From positions 42,708 through 106,707 of the forward strand of contig JANLPR010000118.1 in assembly GCA_031367345.1 (NCBI GenBank): a DNA stretch of 64,000 bases, written 5' to 3'. Origin of the DNA: Bacteroidota bacterium. Its GTDB lineage: Bacteria; Bacteroidota; Bacteroidia; AKYH767-A; 2013-40CM-41-45. The notes under the pieces are model-generated. The model was given only the letters and a program-made list of their open reading frames with translations, ran no database searches and was not told the origin of the DNA. Position numbers and translations under genes: made by a program. Positions 57,434 to 64,000 of this stretch are shown one piece after another; position 1 is the stretch's first letter; every line of letters begins with the position of its first letter.

Positions 57434-59086
57434 TTATGCAATTTTTTGATTAACAATAGTTAGAATTTCAACTTCGGCCTGTTGAGCTTGATCGGCTAAA
57501 GATTGAGCTTCGGCAAGTACCTGTAAAACGTAATTGGCGTCTTTATATCCACTTGCATTTATTTTTACATTTAAGAAAGCTCCTAAAACTGCAGAACGCG
57601 CACATAATGCGCCAACACCGGCATCAGAAACTGAATTCGGATTTCCATCAATTGCCATTGCCTTAATTATGGTCATCGTTTCCAGGCAAGTCTTCATAAC
57701 TTTCAATGGAACTTCGATAGCATATTTCGTGGCAGATTGAATTTCCGATGTTCGTGCCATTTTTTCAGCATCAGTTGACTTTGGCAAAGAAAAAGCATCC
57801 ATGATTTTATTAAACGCTCGAGTATCTTCATCAACCAATACCAACAACATTTTTTTCAAATCCTGACCTTTTTCAGCCCAAACAGAAAACTCTTCCCATC
57901 TTTCATCCCAACCTTTTTTATGAGAAGATAAATTGGCGACCATAGTTGCTAAAGAGATTCCCAATGTTCCTAGATAAGCCGCAATTGAACCACCGCCTGG
58001 CGCAGGCGATTCTGAAGCTGTTTCATCTGCAAAATCACTAAGCGTCATTTGTGCTAAACGTTCGTTTGACTTACTGCTCAATTGATATTCAATAACACGT
58101 TCTTCCGGATTGAACGGACTCAACTCATCAAGTCCAAGCGATTTGATTGCTATTCTTACTAATTCTTTTTCTGAAACGCCAACAGATCTATTTTGTTTTG
58201 CTAAAAAATATTTTCCTGCATCAGTGAGCGATTTAAGAGGTACGAGTCCTACAAGTTCAGAACCCGTTACTCGCATACCTCGCTTATATGCACTTTTTAC
58301 ACATTCATCAAATGCTATGTGCAATGGAGTAATGTTGATATTTGTCAGATTCATACTTACCTGTGCAATACCATACTCTTCAATAAACCATCCAATCGCT
58401 TTTACTGATTTACAAGAACCCGGCTGAACAATTTCTTCACCTTTTTCATTCTGCACTTTTCTCCCATTTTCTCGAATGTCAAAAGCAACAGAGTTGGCTC
58501 TACGAACAGAAGTAGTATTTAGATTGACATTATAAGCAACCAAAAAATCTCGTGCACCAATTACAGTAGCACCTGATTTTTCAGGAAATTCTAATGGTCC
58601 AAAATCTGGTTTCCATTCGTCTTTTTTTATCTTGGTAAAAAAACCTTCGTATTCACCGGCTCTGATTACTGAAAGGTTTTTTCTTGAAGCATTACTTTGT
58701 GCTTCTTCATATAAATAAACCGGTATCGATAATTGTTTTCCAACTTTCTCAGCTAACATTTTGGCATAAACAACAGTTTCTTCCATAGAAATTCCTGCGA
58801 TCGGTATCAATGGACAAACGTCTGTTGCTCCCATACGAGGATGTTCTCCTTTATGCTTGCTCATGTCAATCAATTCAGCTGCTTTTTTTATTCCACGTAG
58901 CGCTGCTTCAACCACTGCTTCAGGTTCGCCAACAAATGTTACAACGGTTCTGTTTGTAGCTTTACCCGGATCTACATTCAATAATTTTATTCCATCGACA
59001 GATTCAATTCTATCCGTAATCTGGCGTATGATTCCCAAATCGTTTCCTTCACTAAAATTAGGCACACATTCGATTAACTTTTTCAT
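57434..59086 (-). CDS. ftcD: Glutamate formimidoyltransferase / formimidoyltetrahydrofolate cyclodeaminase (bifunctional FTCD)
   Basis: MKKLIECVPNFSEGND is the hallmark formiminotransferase N-terminus. The C-terminal roughly 200 aa form a helical cyclodeaminase-like domain. Confidence 0.8.
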   Translation of the reverse strand: MKKLIECVPNFSEGNDLGIIRQITDRIESVDGIKLLNVDPGKATNRTVVTFVGEPEAVVEAALRGIKKAAELIDMSKHKGEHPRMGATDVCPLIPIAGISMEETVVYAKMLAEKVGKQLSIPVYLYEEAQSNASRKNLSVIRAGEYEGFFTKIKKDEWKPDFGPLEFPEKSGATVIGARDFLVAYNVNLNTTSVRRANSVAFDIRENGRKVQNEKGEEIVQPGSCKSVKAIGWFIEEYGIAQVSMNLTNINITPLHIAFDECVKSAYKRGMRVTGSELVGLVPLKSLTDAGKYFLAKQNRSVGVSEKELVRIAIKSLGLDELSPFNPEERVIEYQLSSKSNERLAQMTLSDFADETASESPAPGGGSIAAYLGTLGISLATMVANLSSHKKGWDERWEEFSVWAEKGQDLKKMLLVLVDEDTRAFNKIMDAFSLPKSTDAEKMARTSEIQSATKYAIEVPLKVMKTCLETMTIIKAMAIDGNPNSVSDAGVGALCARSAVLGAFLNVKINASGYKDANYVLQVLAEAQSLADQAQQAEVEILTIVNQKIA

Positions 59087-59107
59087 CAGAACTTTATTGT
59101 TTTATTT

Positions 59108-60361
59108 TTATGAAATTAAATTTCCATTCAGAATAACTTTATCTACCATCATACTTCCAAAAGCATAAGGAATAAAATTATAACTAGAAATTTCTTTTGT
59201 TATGAAGACATTGGCTTTTTTACCTACACAGATACTACCATGTGTTTTACTTAAATCAATAGCATAAGCCGAATTTGTTGTTGCTGCAATAATTGCTTCT
59301 TCAGGCGTAATCTTATAAAGAATACAAGCAAGAGCAATCATTTGGTTCATGTTTCCACTTGGGCAACTACCGGGATTAAAATCAGACGAAATAGCTATAG
59401 GAAGTCCTGCGTCGATCATTTTCCGAACCGGAGGCTTTTTAAGATCAAGAAAAAACTGAGCTCCAGGAAGAATTACAGGCATAGTTCTAGCTTTATTCAA
59501 CGCAGAGATGTCATCATCACTTATAAATTCCAAGTGGTCAACACTTATTGCACCTGATTTAATACCTGCTAAAATTCCACCTGAATGCGACAATTGTTCA
59601 GCATGAACCTTTGGAATAATATTATATTTATTTGCAGCCTCAAATAATCGAAGACAATCATCTGCTGAAAAATAATTTTGTTCACAGAAAATATCACAGT
59701 AGTCTGCTAACCTTTCAGCAGAAATCGCCGGCAACATTTCATTAATCAATAAATCCAGATAACCGTCTTTATCATTTTTATATTCAACGGGAACTGCATG
59801 CGCCCCAAGAAAAGTTGAACGTACAGTTAAAGGTGTACTTTGAGCAATTCGCTTAATAACACGTAGCATTTTCAACTCACTTTCAGTAGACAATCCGTAA
59901 CCACTTTTTATTTCAACAGCGCCTGTACCCATCGATTGAATTTCTCGAATTCGTACCATCGATTGTTCAAACAGTTCATCTTCTGATACCGCTCGCAATT
60001 TATTTGCCGAGTTTAAAATACCACCACCACGTTTAAATATTTCATCATAAGTTAAACCATTTATACGATCAACAAACTCTATTTCACGTGTACCTGCATA
60101 AACAATGTGAGTATGAGCATCGCACCAGGAAGGAAAAACGTGACGACCTGTTGCATCTATCACTTTCAATTCAATTTTATGAGCAGTTAAATCATCATTC
60201 CAATCATTCATTGACCCAAAAGCAGCTATACGATCATTTTCAATCAAGAGAAAAGCATTGTTGATACATTTCATCGTCGACATTTGTTTACCTGAATACT
60301 TTTCAAGACAAGTATCTTCGGTGTGAACCAACGTTTGAATATTTTTTATAAATAGACTCAT
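59108..60361 (-). CDS. hutI: Imidazolonepropionase
   Basis: The metal-binding motif DAHTHIVYAG and overall amidohydrolase fold motifs. Confidence 0.9.
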   Translation of the reverse strand: MSLFIKNIQTLVHTEDTCLEKYSGKQMSTMKCINNAFLLIENDRIAAFGSMNDWNDDLTAHKIELKVIDATGRHVFPSWCDAHTHIVYAGTREIEFVDRINGLTYDEIFKRGGGILNSANKLRAVSEDELFEQSMVRIREIQSMGTGAVEIKSGYGLSTESELKMLRVIKRIAQSTPLTVRSTFLGAHAVPVEYKNDKDGYLDLLINEMLPAISAERLADYCDIFCEQNYFSADDCLRLFEAANKYNIIPKVHAEQLSHSGGILAGIKSGAISVDHLEFISDDDISALNKARTMPVILPGAQFFLDLKKPPVRKMIDAGLPIAISSDFNPGSCPSGNMNQMIALACILYKITPEEAIIAATTNSAYAIDLSKTHGSICVGKKANVFITKEISSYNFIPYAFGSMMVDKVILNGNLIS

Positions 60362-60644
60362 GAAAGCAGAATGATTACGGCGACCGAAAATAAGAATAAT
60401 ACATATACGATTTTGGTAGTATTGAATGATATTAGCAACTATTCAAATTTAACCTTATAAAAGTCAGAAAATCAAGGCAATGGAAACTCGCAAAAAAGTA
60501 TTTATACAATCTCGTCGTGTTATTTTTCCTCGGAAAAAAATACTGGTGAAAAATGATTAGAAACACACGAAAACTAACAATCCAACGTTAATTAATGTAT
60601 CAACAGAGCATCAATAAAAGAGTTGATAATTGTACCTTCACCAC

Positions 60645-61727
60645 ATGGCAGGAAATACATTTGGAAACATATTTAGACTTACCACTTTTGGTGAATCACA
60701 CGGATCGGCGATAGGAGGAATTATTGATGGATGTCCGGCAGGTTTGAAACTAGATACAGACGCCATAGCACTTGAATTGAATCGTCGTCGTCCTGGTCAA
60801 TCATCAATTACAACACAGCGAAATGAAAGTGATGTTTTTGACATCCTTTCCGGACTTTATGAAGGAGTCACTACCGGAAGTCCAATTGCGTTTAACATAC
60901 TTAATAAAGATCAACGTTCAGGAGATTACACAGAATTGAAAAGTACATTTAGGCCATCACATGCCGATTTTACCTATGATCAGAAATATGGCCATAGAGA
61001 TCATAGGGGAAGTGGGAGAGCAAGTGCTCGTGAAACAGCATCCAGAGTTTTTGCCGGTGCTGTTGCCAAACAACTACTTGCACATTCCGGAATAAAAGTA
61101 AGCGCTTATGTTTCGGCTATTGGTCCGTATTCAATGAAGGAAAACTATGCGATATTCAAAGAAGCGGAAATCGAATCAACAATTGTAAGATGTCCTGATC
61201 AAGAATTAGCAAACTCTATGATTTCATATCTTGAAGATTTGAAAAAACAAGGTGATACTGCAGGCGGAATTATCTCGTGCTTAATTTCTGAAATGCAAGT
61301 TGGTCTTGGTGAACCGGTGTTTGATAAACTACATGCTGATTTAGCAAAAGCAATGTTAAGTATTAATGCAGTCCATGGATTTGAATACGGCAGTGGTTTT
61401 GCCGGAGCAAGAATGAAAGGCAGCGAGCACAACGATCCTTTCAAACTGAAAGATGGTAAAATCATAACAACCAAGAATCATTCAGGAGGAATACAAGGAG
61501 GCATATCAAATGGAATGGATATATGTTTTAGAGTTGCCTTCAAACCCGTTTCAACCTTAATGAGCAATCAAGAAACAGTAAATGATAAAGGTCAGGATGT
61601 AACTTTCAAAGCAACAGGAAGGCACGACCCATGTGTTGTACCAAGAGCAGTGCCGATTGTTGAAGCTATGGCTGCACTTGTTATTGCAGATCATCTCCTA
61701 AGAAATAGATCAAGTAAATTAGTTTAA
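60645..61727 (+). CDS. aroC: Chorismate synthase (start taken at MAGNTFG; the track ORF starts 15 nt earlier)
   Basis: [29 protein letters not shown]-like ([11 protein letters not shown]), and GGISNGM. Confidence 0.9.
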   Translation: MAGNTFGNIFRLTTFGESHGSAIGGIIDGCPAGLKLDTDAIALELNRRRPGQSSITTQRNESDVFDILSGLYEGVTTGSPIAFNILNKDQRSGDYTELKSTFRPSHADFTYDQKYGHRDHRGSGRASARETASRVFAGAVAKQLLAHSGIKVSAYVSAIGPYSMKENYAIFKEAEIESTIVRCPDQELANSMISYLEDLKKQGDTAGGIISCLISEMQVGLGEPVFDKLHADLAKAMLSINAVHGFEYGSGFAGARMKGSEHNDPFKLKDGKIITTKNHSGGIQGGISNGMDICFRVAFKPVSTLMSNQETVNDKGQDVTFKATGRHDPCVVPRAVPIVEAMAALVIADHLLRNRSSKLV

Positions 61728-61746
61728 ATTTTGTAATTCAATTTCA

Positions 61747-64000
61747 ATGAAAAAAATCATAAAATGGGGAGGAATAACGCTTCTCGCAATTTTAATTTTA
61801 TTAATCACTTTGCCTTTTTTATTCAAAGATAAAATTGTCGCCAAAGTAAAAGAAGAAACCAACAAATCAATTAATGCCAAAGTAGATTTTGGTGAATTTG
61901 ATCTGTCTCTAATTCGAAATTTTCCCAACTTTTCTTTACGCGTAAACAATTTATCTGTGATCAATATAGAACCGTTTGAAGGTGATACATTGGTTTATGC
62001 AAAGCAGTTGGATCTTACAATCGATATTATGTCCGTAATAAAAGGCGGAACCATAGGAATAAAAAAAGTCAGTATCAATTCCCCTGTAATGTATTTTTTA
62101 GTCAATGAAAAAGGTAAATCAAATTGGGACATTGCAAAACCATCAGCAAAACAAGCAACAAACAATGAACCTTCGACTTTTAAAGCATCACTTAAGGAAT
62201 ATTCAATAAGCAATGGTTTGATCGTATACAACGATAAGACAATGCCTTTTTTCTTAAAGTTGGATAATGTAAATCATACTGGGAGTGGAGATTTTACACA
62301 AGATCTTTTTTTGCTAAAGACAAAAACGTTGGTTGAACATGGAGATATGACTTATGGAGGACTGCAATATATTTCGCAAGCAAAAGCTGAGATAGATGCA
62401 GAAATAGAAATAAATTTAAAAACGATGCGCTTTACCTTCAAGGATAATAAAATAAAGCTCAATGAACTTTTTCTAAATTTTTCCGGATGGGTAATGATGC
62501 CGGATACCAATATCGATATGGATTTAAAATATTCTGCTACAAAATCAGAATTTAAAAATTTCATTTCTATGGTACCTGCAGTTTTCACCCCTCAATTTAA
62601 AGATCTAAAATCATCCGGAACCATGAGTTTAGACGGTTCCATTAAAGGCCGATACAATTCTAAATCAATGCCGGGCTTTGGATTAAAATTAAAAGTTGAC
62701 AAGGGTATGTTTCAATATCCATCATTGCCAACAGCTATAAATAATGTAAACATTGATTTAAATATTTCAAACCCTGATGGAATTCCTGATCATACCATAA
62801 TTGACCTCTCCAAACTTCATGTAGAAATAAACAATGATCCATTTGATGCAAAATTGTATTTAGCTACACCTGTTTCTGATCCGGCAATAGATGCTTTCAT
62901 GAAAGGTAAAATTGATCTTGATAAAATTCAAAAATTAGTTCCACTAGAAAAAGGTACCGAACTGCAAGGAATTGTAACAGCAGATCTTAATGCAAAAGGC
63001 AAGCTATCTTCAATCAAGCAAAAGAAGTATGAGCAATTCAATGCTTCCGGAAATCTCACTATTACAGGATTGAAATACAATGCTCCGAATTCTAAATCTA
63101 AAGTTGACGTTTCACTTATGAAACTTGGCTTTAATCCTTCAAAAGTTTCATTAGATGCCTTCAATTCGAAAATTGGAAAAAGTGATTTTTCTGCGACAGG
63201 AAGTTTGGAAAATTTTATTGCTTATGCTTTAAAAAACGAAACCTTAGTTGGAACTCTAAATTTCAATTCGAATTTAATCGATTTGAATGAATTTATGTCC
63301 GGGGAGCAGACTGCTTCCGGAAATGTAGATACTACTTCAATGAAAGTATTGCAAATTCCAACTAATATTAATTTTTTATTGAGTGCTGACATAAAAAAAC
63401 TAATTTATCAAAATTTAAGTATTGATCAAGTTAGTGGGAAATTAGAAGTAAAGGATCAAGCAATTTCAATGAAAGATATTTTTATGCGAATGATGGATGG
63501 AACAATAAAAATGTCAGGAAAATATTCTGCCATTAATATCAACAAACCAGAATTTGATATGAGTCTTGCGATATCTGATTTCGATATTTCAAAAACTGCC
63601 AAAAATTTTATTTCAGTAGAGAAGTTAGCTCCAATTACAAAAAATTGCTCCGGTAGTTTTTCAACTACGATGACAGTACGAGGCGATCTTGATCAGAAAA
63701 TGGCACCGGTAATGAATACACTTGCCGGTTCAGGAAAACTATCTACATCTACTGTTGTAGTTGATAATTTCCCAGCCTTCGTAAAAATAGCCGATGTTTT
63801 AAAATTATCATCTTGGAAGAGCTTAAATGTTCCACCAATAAACCCTAGTTTCAAGTTCGTAAATGGAAGGGTATTTGTAGATCCGTTCGATGTTACAATC
63901 AATGGAATCAAATCATCGATTGGTGGTTCTAATGGTTTTGACGAGACCATCGACTATGTGATGGCAACGCAAATACCAAGATCAGCAATCGGAGGAGGCG
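61747..64000 (+). CDS. AsmA-family outer-membrane biogenesis protein, 5' portion (open to the window end)
   Basis: MKKIIKWGGITLLAILILLITLPFLFKDKIVAKVKEE is a typical AsmA N-terminal anchor. Open frame with no stop to position 64000. Confidence 0.6.
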   Translation, partial: MKKIIKWGGITLLAILILLITLPFLFKDKIVAKVKEETNKSINAKVDFGEFDLSLIRNFPNFSLRVNNLSVINIEPFEGDTLVYAKQLDLTIDIMSVIKGGTIGIKKVSINSPVMYFLVNEKGKSNWDIAKPSAKQATNNEPSTFKASLKEYSISNGLIVYNDKTMPFFLKLDNVNHTGSGDFTQDLFLLKTKTLVEHGDMTYGGLQYISQAKAEIDAEIEINLKTMRFTFKDNKIKLNELFLNFSGWVMMPDTNIDMDLKYSATKSEFKNFISMVPAVFTPQFKDLKSSGTMSLDGSIKGRYNSKSMPGFGLKLKVDKGMFQYPSLPTAINNVNIDLNISNPDGIPDHTIIDLSKLHVEINNDPFDAKLYLATPVSDPAIDAFMKGKIDLDKIQKLVPLEKGTELQGIVTADLNAKGKLSSIKQKKYEQFNASGNLTITGLKYNAPNSKSKVDVSLMKLGFNPSKVSLDAFNSKIGKSDFSATGSLENFIAYALKNETLVGTLNFNSNLIDLNEFMSGEQTASGNVDTTSMKVLQIPTNINFLLSADIKKLIYQNLSIDQVSGKLEVKDQAISMKDIFMRMMDGTIKMSGKYSAININKPEFDMSLAISDFDISKTAKNFISVEKLAPITKNCSGSFSTTMTVRGDLDQKMAPVMNTLAGSGKLSTSTVVVDNFPAFVKIADVLKLSSWKSLNVPPINPSFKFVNGRVFVDPFDVTINGIKSSIGGSNGFDETIDYVMATQIPRSAIGGG

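Noticed and set aside
1-64000. Mobile elements, integrases, CRISPR-Cas, restriction-modification or toxin-antitoxin genes
   Set aside because: I saw no transposase or integrase motifs (DDE, tyrosine-recombinase RHRY), no direct-repeat arrays, and no inverted terminal repeats flanking any block. Composition is uniform across the window, which fits core chromosome.

Overview
The window looks like a low-GC (about 35%) chromosomal segment from a Bacteroidota genome, most likely Flavobacteriia or Sphingobacteriia. The evidence for this is a type-B T9SS C-terminal sorting domain, TAnnTTTG -7 promoter boxes, a split transketolase, a fused E1 alpha/beta dehydrogenase, bshA, hemJ, and TamB/AsmA giants. 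Nearly all of it is core housekeeping: tsaD, tamB-like, ribBA, an ABC-2 exporter, two tandem DEAD-box helicases plus cspA, a glmM-like mutase, a cysteine desulfurase, an ECF sigma module, transketolase halves, priA, tpiA, prmA, plsY, a GH3/beta-lactamase fusion, bshA, hemJ, sui1, dgkA, a DAGK_cat kinase, an LtaS-like transferase, E1 alpha/beta, a patatin, ftcD, hutI, aroC and an AsmA-like start. I found no rRNA, tRNA, CRISPR array, IS element, integrase, or recognisable defence or toxin genes. The points most worth a second look are a CpcT/CpeT-family (DUF1001) gene interrupted by two in-frame nonsense codons at conserved positions; a secreted VWA-domain gene wedged between the two transketolase halves, whose MIDAS motif and signal peptide lie upstream of the first ATG; and a tight ltaS-like / DAG-kinase (DgkB-type) / dgkA / sui1 operon. 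Also notable are a 1326-aa PKD-repeat adhesin with a T9SS type-B CTD but no adjacent porP/sprF gene; a 1493-aa secreted protein in which I recognise no domain; and two tandem Ala-rich mini-lipoproteins, each with its own promoter. I cannot demonstrate a clearly novel multi-gene system from sequence alone; these candidates are ranked in the findings.
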